Origin: Enoplolaimus lenunculus
Lineage: Eukaryota
Direction of reading: 5' to 3'
Assembly (NCBI GenBank): GCA_030248215.1
Contig: JASANG010000641.1
Location: 1 to 64,000, forward strand
Length of the DNA stretch: 64,000 bases
The position numbers and the translations under genes are program-made. Numbering within the stretch: position 1 is the first letter of the stretch; every line of letters starts with the position of its first letter. The notes beneath the pieces were generated by a model, which saw only the letters and a program-made list of their open reading frames with translations, did not search any database and was not told the origin of the DNA. Shown piece after piece: positions 33,747 through 45,728 of this stretch.

Positions 33747-33999
33747 CCCTTTCACTTATAGAGTATACTCTGAGCAACTAAATACAATAATGTACGAGAA
33801 ATGCACATACTGTGAGGACTGTTTAAGATTTATAACATATATGCGCAGTGCAAAATATCCACAAGACATGAGAGCCTACTCAGGCTCGAGCGTCAAGCTC
33901 CTATAGCTTAGTGGTCATCGTTAACGCCTCCCACCCGTGAGACTGGGGATCGAATCTTACCTTGAAATATAAAATTGAAAATATTCATGTGAGAAAGGG
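33747..33999 (+). mobile_element. piggyBac-type MITE carrying a tRNA-derived Pol III promoter (copy 2, inverted relative to copy 1)
   Basis: ATAA|CCCTTTCAC ... AATATTCATGTGAGAAAGGG|TTAA. A box TAGCTTAGTGG, then CGCCTCCCACCCGTGAGAC, then B box GGGATCGAATC (33892-33960). Confidence 0.75.
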
Positions 34000-34834
34000 T
34001 TAACATGCCGGTCTAGACGGTTCACCTAACCCTGCTATTCGATACGGATTGTTATTTATTTTTCAAACCATCCGTCTGTTATTTGAAACCCCAACTTCGA
34101 CTTTATCCCGTTCTCGATGATTCAAATCATGTTACTAAGAAATATACTTTGACTCCAAGTTCTGTACTGAACTTTATCTGTTACATGAAGCATTCTCGCA
34201 CTCTAACTACGATAGTTAAAATTTATGAATTTTAATTCTGTTTATTAATTTCTATCAGTTTACCAAGAGTTGATGATGCCATTAAACAAGAGTATGCAAC
34301 AAGCATTGTTTCGCATGGAACTAAATCTACCGGCGCTCGTTGCGTTTGTTGTCCTACCCCCCTCACTTTTTGGGGAATGGTCATTTTTTTGTTCATTACA
34401 CGTGTAACTGCCAGCCAACTTTGAAAAAATGAATCGATCCCTTTTTAGTATATGCAACAACATATCAGCATTTATAACGATTTTGACACCATTCAAATAA
34501 GGGGAGCAAGCCAAAAATGCAACACGCGCTGGGTATATACATTCTTTTCTACACAGAACGTAACCAGTTGTATACTGCTGTTAAAGGGTGCCATGCGCTA
34601 TCGGTTTACGAACTCTAATTAAGGATATACACTTGAACACTATTGATTACGGCTTGAAAGAAAGACGTTTTTAGCACCAACTCTTATTGCAGGCGGCTGG
34701 AGTCGTACACACGCTCGCTTTGAGTATGGCTTTTGGCTCAAAATCCATCTTTGACTTGATGTATAAGGAAGCGTAACAAGTGTTTTCAGGCCAGTAACCA
34801 ACTCATCTTGTTAGGGTGCCTTCTGGGCCCCCCT

Positions 34835-35081
34835 CACTGTAAATTCCAATGAGTTAATCAACTAAGACGGAAAGTTAGTTATTTCTGAGTTAATAACAGA
34901 AAACTTTAACTCACTCAGTGCTGAGTTGATTCTCAACCCGAATTGTGTTGACTCCGGGTGAGTTGATCAATTAACTCAGATTCAGTTGAATGAACTGACA
35001 ATTCTGCGTTCTGATAGTCCTAACTCAGACTGCGCGATTTAATTCACCTGAATTAAAATCAACTCACTGGTGTTTACTGTA
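34835..35081 (+). mobile_element. CACTGTAAA-ended MITE (GAGTT/AACTC family)
   Basis: cactgtaaattccaatgagtt ... aactcactggtgtttactgt. Other copies at about 38701-38925, 42121-42352, 49491-49620 and 56287-56535. Confidence 0.75.
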
Positions 35082-35132
35082 TATACTTGGCTACGGAACT
35101 GTTGCTTTTACTGCTACATTTAAATTTTTCAG

Positions 35133-35309
35133 GGCATCTACGAGTCGAAACGAGAAATTTTCGAAGCATTACGCGATTGGCGGGCGCTGTTCTCAAAAAT
35201 GATTGACCTCGACGAACGAGCCAATGACCCGGCTCGGTTTACAAATCGTGGTGGCGCTTTGTTGAAAGAAGAAAAAGAACGCAAAGCTGTGATTAAACGA
35301 CTTCCTGAG
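35133..35309 (+). CDS. PRC1: PRC1 exon 5 (spectrin-like microtubule-binding domain)
   Basis: tttttcag| GIYESKREIF...ANDPARFTNRGGALLKEEKERKAVIKRLPE |gtaagc; contains the MAP65/ASE1 signature DPxRFxNRGGxLLKEEK. Confidence 0.96.
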
Positions 35310-35899
35310 GTAAGCGAGACACTTTTGTCCCTTCGTACTTTATATTTGTAAATATTTGTAAATTTGAACACACAGACAGCAGCATCCAGGGTCGGTTCTA
35401 AAGTGAAGCGCATCAGAAAATTTTTCGGTGAAAAATTGGAAATGTCCATCTTACAAATTTTCAATTTGTATTTATTTCAAATTTGCTGAAGTCAAAGTTA
35501 ATAAAACTTGTAAAAATTTCACACCTGAGTGCTATTTATCGTGTACTTGTAATTATAATTAATGACTGACAAGCGGCAGAAAGGCGGTGCAGCGTGCATT
35601 TATGCAATCTCTGCTTCTTTAGTAAGCGGATTCAGAGAGCTTTAGACGGCTATACGCAAAATATATAAATCGTAAAATGAAAGTGTTGTATTTAAAGATT
35701 TTACTACAATTACGTTTGGCTTCTGGCTTGCTTCGCTTTTGCGAGGTTTGCATTCCCATTTTTTGTTCCTTCGTTTTGGTAACCCACATCTTAAAAATTA
35801 TAGACGAGGAAGTTTAACGCGGCAGCTATTCAAATTTTCATTTTGAGTCCACTACAGGGCTTCTTGTTGATATCATGCAAAAATACTAGTTCAAGTTCT

Positions 35900-36043
35900 G
35901 GCCTATGTATAGAACCCGGGCGGAACACTAGTATAAGCATATTCCTAAGCCTATTAGCCTAAGCCTAAGCGTAACAATGAGCTTAGACCCAAGCTTAAAC
36001 CTTAAGTTTACTCTATTCCAGTCCCACGGAATAACGCTCCGCC
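35900..36043 (+). mobile_element. TTAGGC-repeat MITE (type A) in PRC1 intron 5
   Basis: ggcctatgtatagaacccgggcggaac start; (gcctaa)n core. Confidence 0.75.
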
Positions 36044-36139
36044 GTTGTGGGTCCAGTTCTTCACGAGCTTCGTAGTATTAAGCAAACGACAACGGGTGAT
36101 TCTGAAACTTGAATTTTTTAAAAAATATTTTATTTCCAG

Positions 36140-36397
36140 GTCGAAGCGGAACTGAGCAAATGCGTTGCGATGTGGGAAGAAGACGAACGTGAAAAAGTTT
36201 ACATCAGCGGTCGACCCTTTTTAGAATACTTAGCCACTGAAAAGCTCGAGTACGAAATGCGCAAAGAGCGTGAGAAAGCTGAAAAAGAGCGTCGAAAACA
36301 AGCCGCACGTCAAGAACATTTATTCGGAGTTGGCGGTGTCGGTACCGGCGGAAGTGCCAATGCATCGCCGAGTCGTTCGATTAAAAGGGTTTCGTAG
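36140..36397 (+). CDS. PRC1: PRC1 exon 6 (last coding exon if read to the TAG; 444 aa in total)
   Basis: tttccag| VEAELSKCVAMWEE...ISGRPFLEY...KEREKAEKERRK...LFG...SPSRSIKRVS*; conserved WE...G..F.EY motif. Could instead splice at AGG|gtttcg (36388). Confidence 0.88.
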   Translation, partial: VEAELSKCVAMWEEDEREKVYISGRPFLEYLATEKLEYEMRKEREKAEKERRKQAARQEHLFGVGGVGTGGSANASPSRSIKRVS

Positions 36398-36430
36398 TAT
36401 TGTGCTGAAATTCTACAACGAATAGTTGAT

Positions 36431-36886
36431 AATGCCCGTTTCACCCCGGTCTTTCGAAAGGTTGATGACGTCATCAGATGACGTCATGTCAAGTAAAGAT
36501 TAATCACCTGGAAATGCGGAAGTAATTAATCACGACGAAATGCGAAAGTAATTAGTCACTTCGGAATACGGAAGTAATTAGTCACCTGGGAATGCAGAAA
36601 TAATTAATCACCTGGGAATGTGGAGATTATTCACCTGGGAATCATGAAGCAAAGTATTTCACTTCGGAACGCGGAATTAATATTGAGGAAGTCATCTCGT
36701 GTGGGTCGGAATTCGTAAGTAATAATGCGGAAGTAATTAATCAGGTCAGTCACCGGGGAATCCGGAAATAATCACTTTCGCCTTCCGACATGATTAATTA
36801 CATCGGCATTCCCAGGTGTACTTGACATGACGGCAAGTGATGACGTCGTCCTCTTTCCTTCGAAAGGCTCTGGTAAAACCGCCATT
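36431..36886. mobile_element. Foldback element with long TIRs and internal ~26-bp tandem repeats
   Basis: The left end aatgcccgtttcacc...tttcgaaagg...gatgacgtcatca...gtcatgtcaagta is an imperfect inverse of the right end tacttgacatgac...tgatgacgtcgtc...ccttcgaaagg...ggtaaaaccgccatt. Repeat unit is about AATTAATCACCTGGGAATGCGGAAGT. Confidence 0.75.
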
Positions 36887-37546
36887 TTAAATCTACTGAT
36901 ATTCAAGAAATATTGTTTGTCCTTTAAGACAATTATGTCTTGATACAGTCTCTGGACGTATATGTCTTGAATTCCAGACATTTACTTCCTTAAACGCTTA
37001 GAAATATGTCTGAATTTTTTCACACTTAAAAGTATCAAATATAAAGTTTTTCACAAATGATTAAGCAAGATTTTTTTAAATATAAGACAAATATTGAGAA
37101 AAAAAAAAAAAGTTGAAAAAAATTTTTTTTTTTTAGAAAAAAGTAAAAAGATTTTTCGGAGCAAAAGCGATTAAAGAAATAAAGACACCAGGCAAAAGGC
37201 GGTATATTAAAAATCAAGATGTGTCGCAGAATTTCTATGATAAAAGTTGGAGGTTGGATTTCAGTTTTAGAAGAAAAGCCTCTAGTTCTTGCCACGTTAA
37301 CCCTTCGAAAAACCATATTCTAAATTTTTGACCTTTCTGTGTTAAAAGGTGAGGCCTATTTTGCATACTTGAACATTGTATATATTATACTCTCGAACCA
37401 AGATTAACTTTCAATCTTATCTTTACACAATGCGTATTGTGTATGCATGTCTGGTGTGCATAATTTGACACAGAAACAAAACCGCTATTGCTGTAACCGC
37501 TGTGGCTCAATGGCTTAGCAGGTTGGGCCAATGTTACTTTAAAGGC

Positions 37547-37625
37547 CGTCCCATTTTCCCGGGACAGAAATGTACCAGGAGTATACCCGTCCCATTTTCC
37601 CGGGACAACAATGTACCAGGAGTAC
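37547..37625. repeat. 41-bp tandem duplication
   Basis: cgtcccattttcccgggaca..aatgtaccaggagta occurs twice. Confidence 0.85.
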
Positions 37626-39576
37626 ATTCAAAAAATATAATTGGGACAGCGGGACAGATGGGACAATGGGACAGATCTCGAATTTTAGTTGGAAATTGCC
37701 CAGTTGGAATAAAAACGTTTTGTTTATTTTTAAAAGAAAACAGTAAAGAGTCCGAAAATATTATACCACACTCATTGTGTGTAGCTTTTGGACCCAGGCT
37801 CTCGGGCGGTTACTTATTCACAACCGTCTGGCTGATTTTGCTATTTGTGACGTACAATATTTTAGTCATATCGCCGCTATTTTGTTGCTATATACTGTGA
37901 ATATCCATGCTAAATTTTTTAATTAAAAATAAAACTGCCAAAGGTATATTAAATATTGTAAGTTAAAATCAATTTGGAAACCATGTTTTTTTCAAATAAA
38001 ATATCAAATTTACAATTACAACGCAATACTTTACTATTAAAATTTAAATTCTGCCGTCCGTTGAAGCGTTGAGGCAGCTTCGCTCACTATAGGTCGCTCC
38101 TAAGGTATATTTTAAAATCAGGAGGGGAAGTTATTACGTAACTTAGCAAATAATCTTTCAAAAATTAAACCTTTTGTTTGTAACAAGCAGCTATTATTCG
38201 CTGTACTCAGATAATCCGGCCAATGTTACTTGAAGATGCGTAACAGTAAATTAAGCGTATTTCTAAGCCTAAGCCTAAGCGTTGCAAAAAAGTGTTCCTA
38301 ATTAAAAGATTTACAACCATTGGTGTTTTATAGAATTTGGATCAGTACAGGAAATTTAATTCACAGGGCTGACTTTGTTGTAACGTACGTTCTGAAATTA
38401 AAATATGCTAATAATTGTAAAAAATATAGTAAATTTCTTTAGGCTACCGTCTGAAGACTTATCTGAATGTTGTGACTGAGTATTGCATTACTGAATAATT
38501 TTTTATAAACGCTCTTTTTGCACACCGTATTACGTCACCACTTTCAAAGACTTGTAATTTCTTAAAAATGGTCTGTTCCTCTATTTTTTAGTGTACGCCA
38601 ATAGATTAACTTCCTGGCAATTTACACCTTTAGTCCTTAGTGGTTTGTCGCCTAACGTAAATCGCGGTGATCAAAATTTTTATTTCTGTTAAAATAGTTT
38701 CACTGTTAATTTTAGTGAGTTGATAACTCAGAACGAGTTGAAACTGTCAGTCTGAGTTAGGACTATCAGAACTCAGTTTTTTAGTTGATTCAATTCATTC
38801 TGAGTTAATTAACCAACTCATCCAGAGTCAGCTCAACTCAAATCAGAGTAGAGTTAATGTTTACTGATATTAATTCAGAAATAACCAACTCGCTAGCTGA
38901 ATTGATTAATCAACTCATCGGAACACCCATGTGGCACAAAGCTCAAGCATTAGCCTAATAGTGAATAAAAAACTTGATGTAGTCTTAGGTTTCTAGGGTC
39001 TGTGAAAATAAAACATATCATTCAGCTGACCCACTCTGTAAAAAGTGCCGTAAATATTGAGTAAATCTTTGCTGATATAATGCGAATCAGTAAAACTACT
39101 GATTTGCTTTTGATGATTAATTAAGTAAATGTGAAACTAACAACTTTGTGTTTGCTTAAAATTAAAGTAACACTTTCCCAAGCACCATAGTATGTAAAAC
39201 AGACACTTTTAATTCGGCAACAGTTATATTTAATTTTAAGCATATTTTTAGTGAGAAAATCACGACAGATAAATTCGAAATTTTAACACCTAATTAAACT
39301 ATTAATGGTTTTATTGCGTTTTGTGATCATTTTGCGGCCTCAATTGAGTGTACCCGAACCGATGGTGTGGCCTAAAAACTGGGCTGATTGAAAAATTATA
39401 GGCAAGGTGTCACTAAAAGGCATCGAATTGAAAAAAGTGTAGTAGAGCCCCAGCTGTGAACGTGTATGCGGTACTCAAACTGTTTGTTACGTGCTACTTT
39501 TGTGTGTTTGTGACTTTTTATAAACAGCTAAAACGCCAAAAAAACTGTGATTGGTTTTTGATCTGGTTGCGAAAAA

Positions 39577-39767
39577 GGCCCATGTAAAGATCACAGGCGG
39601 AACGTTTTTCTGTGGATCTGGAATAGAGTAAGCTTAAGCTTGTGATTAATTTTTTGCTTAGGCTTTGGCTTAGGTATAAGGTTATTCTTACGCTTAGGCT
39701 TAAGGTAAAGCTTAGGCTGTGGGATATGCTTATACTACTGTTCCGCACTTGTTCCATACATCGACCC
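39577..39767 (-). mobile_element. TTAGGC-repeat MITE (type A, full length)
   Basis: GGCCCATGTAAAGATCACAGGCGGAAC ... GTTCCGCACTTGTTCCATACATCGACCC. Confidence 0.85.
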
Positions 39768-40056
39768 AAAAAAGTAAGACCATGTTTTAGCTCAATGGGG
39801 CTTGTTAGCCCACAAAATTCGTTCTAATCATGTTTAGAACTGTAAAATGTCACAGAATCATCACATTATATCAAACCATTAAGGAAAAAATTAGTATATA
39901 CCGTTCGCAGTTGAGCTCCGATGAATTTTAATTGGTGGGTGCAAGAAAACGAGAAGCGACTAAACGATGACAATAGGTTTGATCGGTGTTGTGGGTATGG
40001 CCTGGGTGACTGCGTTTGAATTCGCCAGTGAAACGTTAAACATATGTACATGGTAG

Positions 40057-40381
40057 CAGGGTGTCAGTTTTTGTTTCCGTTTCCGTTACAGAAATAACTA
40101 AAATTCTGTTATTTTTACGCTGAAAATTAGTAATAAATCACGTGTATATATCGCAATTTTTTAATACACATATGCTGTAATTGTTCGATATGAAATAAAA
40201 ATTACGAAATCCATCCAAAATCTTGAAAATGTTGATGCATCGGCCATTTTTCCGTTAAAATTTGAGAAAGCATGATGAATATTTTGCCTGCCTCAATTTT
40301 GCTGGTAAAAAACAAATTGTCCGTTGTCGTTGTTTTGGTCACTATCCGTTTCCGTTATGTTTACTATCCGTTTACACGCTG
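40057..40381. mobile_element. hAT-like MITE
   Basis: CAGGGTGT ... ACACGCTG ends; TTTCCG subterminal repeats; imperfect 8-bp TSD catggtag/cccggtag. Confidence 0.6.
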
Positions 40382-42120
40382 CCCGGTAGCCAAACCTTTA
40401 ACCGTGCCCAGCTGAAATGCTTTCAAGATGATCACCATTGTTTGATGTCAATAAACCCGCATGGGAATGGCACACAAAGCGTGAGAATTAAAAGCAGCTT
40501 CGGGCAATATTTTCTCACGCTTGTGCGTTGGATTGACCGCCGTTGTGAGTGACCAGTTTGAAAGTATTTAGCACAGGGACGGTATGACTTAGCATATGCG
40601 GAAGTAGAGTGTGAATTGTTCGCATTTATTGATGGCCAAATAGGGTGATTTGGGTTTATTAGAATTAATCCAGTATTATAAAAATAGGATTTTAACGTAT
40701 TTAGTTTATCGCTTATTGAGAGAGTTAAGTTGTTGCTGCGGTTTTATCGGTTTACCGTTTGTATAGGATAAAATTTACGATACACGCAAAACAAGTTTGA
40801 TATGTCTTGAGATTAAAGAAAAAATTTCTTACATTTAACAAATATGATATGGAAGGTGCATTTGAAAAAAATTTGTTGTTAAACAGAAAGTTTTCCGTAA
40901 AAAATGTTCAAATATGTTCAGAGAATCTACTCAAAATACTTCTCCGAATGAATTAAGCAATACTTTTGTTTTGTGTGTAGGCATTTTTACTTCTGTTAAC
41001 GATAACATTTTCACATTTATCCTCAACTAATGATAGGTCTTTGGGAAAAAATCTCAATTGATGTAGTTTTCCCAGCCGTACTTCTTTCCAAAAACATTGG
41101 TATGCGGCGGAATACAGTGTTCGATGTGGAAATAGATTCACTAACATAGAATCTTTTTGACAGGGGTTTTAGCACAGAATTATACATCATATAAAAGTGA
41201 CCATTTTCATTAAATTCGAGGTATAATATATTTTCAATGTACGAAACAACAACAAACACATCAAAAACAATAGCGACAACAACAACAACAACAATAACAA
41301 ACACAATGCTTAAGACTTCGAAGCGTATGCCGGTGATTAATGAAATACTCAACAACAGTAAACTATCAAACGGAACCGGGAAGCTTAAATGTTTCATTTC
41401 CACGAAAATTCTAAAATTAATTGACTGCTTCCGTATTCGATGCCGGAAGTTTTCTAATGTCTTCTGTCTTTAATAAATACCCTAAGCGAGCTTTGTTCAG
41501 GCAAGCCTCATTTAAATTCTAAGATCGAGTTAAACGAGCTCGTATAATTTATGAATGCTTTTAGCTTACGCCCTTAAACACTGAATGCAGTGTTTAGCTT
41601 CGGCTTGAAAAGCGGTTTATCATTTTAAAATACGACCTATTTTAGACTGTTATTTTGATCTATTTTCGAAACGGCTCTGTTAAGAGAGCGATCAGGGGCA
41701 CTCAGACCTTTAAAAATTAGGATCCCTAAGAAGTTTTTTCCTAGCTTTCCGCTGCCAAATGCGCTTGTGCCGCACGAAAATTGTTTGCCGTTTAACATTT
41801 TGCGATGGCTACAAGTTCGCTACATTGGTTCATCGGGGTTTTATGTAAACTGTATTATAGGTTTGTAAACGTTAATTATTCGTTTTTCAATAGTTTGCCA
41901 GGTTCGTTTAGACTGGGTTACCCTATACTCACTTCGTATCGCAGAAAAGTATAACGCCAACCCCGATGCTAGCATTTTTTGGCAGAAATAAGTTGTTTCT
42001 TAAAACAATTTCAATTCAAAATTTATGTAAGATTGAAACTGTCAATTTCTGAGTAAATAATAAAACATATCTAAGGCATCTGGCTCGTTCTGGTTTAAAG
42101 CTATAGAATCATCCATATTT

Positions 42121-42352
42121 ACGCTGGAAATTGCAGTGAATTGATGTTATTTGATAACAGTTGAATCACCGAGTCTGAGTTAGGTCTGTCAGAACGCAGA
42201 ATTCTGTTGACTAAAGTCATGTTGAGCTGACTAATCAACTGAGCCGGAATTGAAGCAGCTTAAGAACAAGTTATTGTTATTAACTCAGAAATAACCAAAA
42301 ATGACTAAGTCGTTCTCTGAATTGATTAATCAACTCATTGGAATTTACAGTG
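42121..42352 (-). mobile_element. GAGTT/AACTC family MITE
   Basis: Inverted homologue of 34835-35081, ending aactcattggaatttacagtg. Confidence 0.72.
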
Positions 42353-44506
42353 CTCACCTACGTACTTTTCTTGTGGCTTTATGAAGTGGAAATAAAAAAC
42401 ACCAATCTGAGTACCAAGCCGGACTGAAATAATCCACATTCCTATATGACAGCAGCTGAGCACCAAAAGTGCGTTCCTAATACAGCAGATTCGTTGTAGG
42501 ATATAATATTTCCCTATAATCGACACTGCCCCAATCCTTATTTATTGTACTTCCTCATGATCGAAACCACAGGTGCACGGCAAAAAGCCTATTTCGGGGA
42601 GAGTCAATTAGACTCACCATTTTTTACAGTGTAAGGTGAATGAGGAAGTTTCTCATCTCTAAGAATAAATACGAATTACGTGTTGTCAGTAGTGCATCCT
42701 GAGTGAGTCTTGGGAAGCCCAAGTTCTCTGTTTGTTCAGCTCCAACTTTTGCATATTTCCATAAATGAACCTCGATACCTTTAATGTATAACCCACCGAT
42801 TAATCTTTTTTATACGCAAAATGAACAAAATCGCCCACAATCTCCCCGTCTTCTCTATAAAAACTGATTGCTTTTGCTGGTGGACAAATTTTGGCGTTTC
42901 GGGATTTTGTGATTTCTGAAATATTCAATGCAAACAATTTCAGGTTTGTATTCAGAGATTTAAGGTCAGCCCACAACGCTTAATGTAAAAACGTCATTCG
43001 GACGGCTGATTCCCCCCCAATTTTATTTCAAGTGTTATGCGCCTGTTTCTAGTATAGCATCGTATTAATTCTGTTGTAAAAAAATTTTCTGCCAGCAACG
43101 GTTATGGATATTCGTAGGTAATACAGCGGCTCCCTTATATCTCCTCTCTGTAGTTAAAACCGTGATTAAAACAATATAAAAGGCCAATTGGCTAAAATTG
43201 ACATTCTAAACTCTGTTTTGTACGACTGCAATGTAAACTTTCCGGTTGTGGATTGTTTTATATTGCCGCCAAGTTATCCGGTTTTGAAATTACAACTTAA
43301 TCCCCATGGATTGCGTTGGGAATTGATTCAAACGCTGGTTACTCAGAGCTGAAATAAATTTGTTTTTGAATAAATTCTTTTGCGCGCCGCTCAAAACTAG
43401 CTAAGTATGTACTAATAGAGTGGTTTAATTGGCTGGATAACGCAATTGCAATAGTCAATTTTAAAGGCAATTTAAAATGATACTTTTTTTGAGTTATTCC
43501 ATGCGGTATAATTTGAAACGAATCCGAGGGTTTATTACAATCGGAGGAAAATATAAGTTTTACTGGGTGTTTGGCATAAAATTAAAGATCATCGAAACGT
43601 AAATGTTTGCAGGCAATGCTGAGTGCATTTAAATCCAGCAAATAAATCCCGATTAATTGACCATACTTTTGAGAATATGTGCGTTAGTTTTTGGTTTTCG
43701 GAGAATTAGTTTTCTTCGCTATATAGTTGTGCGCAGTTATACATTTTCGGGATATGAGATAATTTTCAACTTTCTTCCTTAATACGGTAGACCACACCTG
43801 CCAAAATCCGGCAAAATTTTTGGCAATTCAATGCTAGCAAAATTTTTGTGAATTATTAAGATGTAAAGTCTCACCTGGATCGTTGCAAGACTGGTCGATA
43901 TTGACGGGATGTGCGATACCATGTTTACGCCGATGTTTGGCGGATTTAGGGAATCACCGGTGGGAACATATTTACTAAAGTCCAATGACGGAACCAAAAA
44001 TTTCAGACGGAGGCCAAGAGACATAACAGGGAGACGGGCTGGTCAACCACACTCGCGTGCCAAGCCAGCGAAAAGCTACACACTTCTTTGCACTAAATCT
44101 TAATACAAATCTTGCTTTCGATCCTGAATACCGACCGAAGTCTAGCGAGACGGTAGCGTTGGTACATAAAATAGATCAAATTATTGGCGAAAGTTATCAT
44201 GTACCCACGTTGCTTAGGAGATAAACGTAGTCTCATGGGGAGCGGTGCCCTTTCGGGCCCCTTCCTGCGTACGTCCCTGGCGTGAACTTCGGATAAACCA
44301 GCTGTATTGCATAATTTTTTAGCACGAAAGCGCTGATGGCTGGATAACCTTCACAGTCCCCGTGGTTCTACAATTTTTTTCCAATATTCTTCTTTGATTC
44401 AGGGCTGATTTTAAGGGCTAGAAAAAGTTTTACATTAGTTATTGTTTTGTATATAAATATCTACCTTAAGGTTTGCTTCATTTTGTACACGTTGGTAAAC
44501 ATAATT

Positions 44507-44715
44507 AGCCAATTTAAAGAACAGGGGCGGAACAGTATTATAAGCATATGCCTAAGCCAAGCCTAAGCCTAAGCCTAAGCCTAAACATAAGCATAAGAAT
44601 GAGCATATTCCTAAGCCTAACCTTAAGCCTAAGCCAAGCAAAATATTAGTCTAAAGCTTATAACACTTTTCTAGTTCCATAAAAAAACGTTCCGCCCCCG
44701 ATCTTTACATGGGAC
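44507..44715 (+). mobile_element. TTAGGC-repeat MITE (type A, full length, longest pure GCCTAA run)
   Basis: agccaatttaaagaacaggggcggaac ... gttccgcccccgatctttacatgggac; gcctaagcctaagcctaagcctaa. Confidence 0.88.
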
Positions 44716-45654
44716 ACAACTTAAGAGAGAGTTAACGCCAAACCACTACAACCAGTATATACTTGATATAGAAGCTGATTGTATAATTAGTCAAAAACTT
44801 TGTATTTTTGAAAAGTTTGATTTTTAGATTTAATTTATCGCTTGTCTTAGACTAATTCCTAATTCGAATTTTCTATTTTCTATTTCAGATATATAGTCGA
44901 ATGGTATGCTTTTTGCAGGAAAAATATCATTGGTGTATAGCTGATACTGTAGAGATATATAGAAGTTCTCTTACTATGTTGAAAGTTGCGCAGTTTGCAC
45001 AGCCTACAAAGACTACTATAAGTTCGGCACCAAATTTTCCATGCGATTCATATCCTGCAAACAAAGTTTGTGCAAGTTTCCAAAAATATACATATATACG
45101 TTTGACATCCGCTGTTATTCAGTATACAATTAAAACAAGGCAAAAACACCGTTCGCTTTTTCATGTCACCCAACAGTGGTCTAAACGTCTATGAATAAAT
45201 CTAAGCATAATCCCAAGCGTAATTCTAAACCTAAGCATTACGATGGGTAACGAATTGTCGAGTCGATGAAAAATTTGATTGCAAGTTGTCGGGCGACGAG
45301 TTTATCCGGCGACGAGTTGTCGTTGTACCATTGTAAACAGTAATATGTAAGTTATTTTGCCTCCTATCAAATTAGCACTGGTTAGATAATGTAAAGCAAA
45401 CTACCCGCCGTTTTGCAACTACTAAACTGCAGTACTATGTTGCAAACCCATGATGCTATTCTTTGGCAATCTATAAAATATATCACTGAAAACATTGTAC
45501 ACCTTTTTAAGGTTCTAAAACTCATTTTGTTGAGTTTCTGGCACGTTTTTCCCACGGGACAAACAAACCGTTTGCGGTAAATTTTACAATCAAATTTGTA
45601 TCCATTACTTTTTCGGCAGTAGGTAACGTATGTGAGTGAAAACCCAAAAAGTGA

Positions 45655-45728
45655 TTATATATATATAATATATATAATATATATATATATAGATATATAT
45701 ATATATGTATATATATCTATATATATAA
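45655..45728. repeat. (AT)n microsatellite
   Basis: Direct reading of the sequence. Confidence 0.9.

Noticed and set aside
35138..35464. 108-aa minus-strand ORF
   Set aside because: It is the antisense shadow of PRC1 exon 5.
38093..38104. 12-nt PRC1 microexon (tatag|GTCGCTCCTAAG|gtatat, VAPK)
   Set aside because: It is phase-compatible with a donor at 36388, but the polypyrimidine tract is weak and no convincing following exon was found; unsupported without cDNA.
41023..41473. Thr-rich and Val-rich ORFs
   Set aside because: They are produced by an (ACA)n microsatellite, with no splice or homology support.
44550..44640. True telomere or telomere-addition site
   Set aside because: The GCCTAA runs are short, degenerate and enclosed by MITE TIRs.
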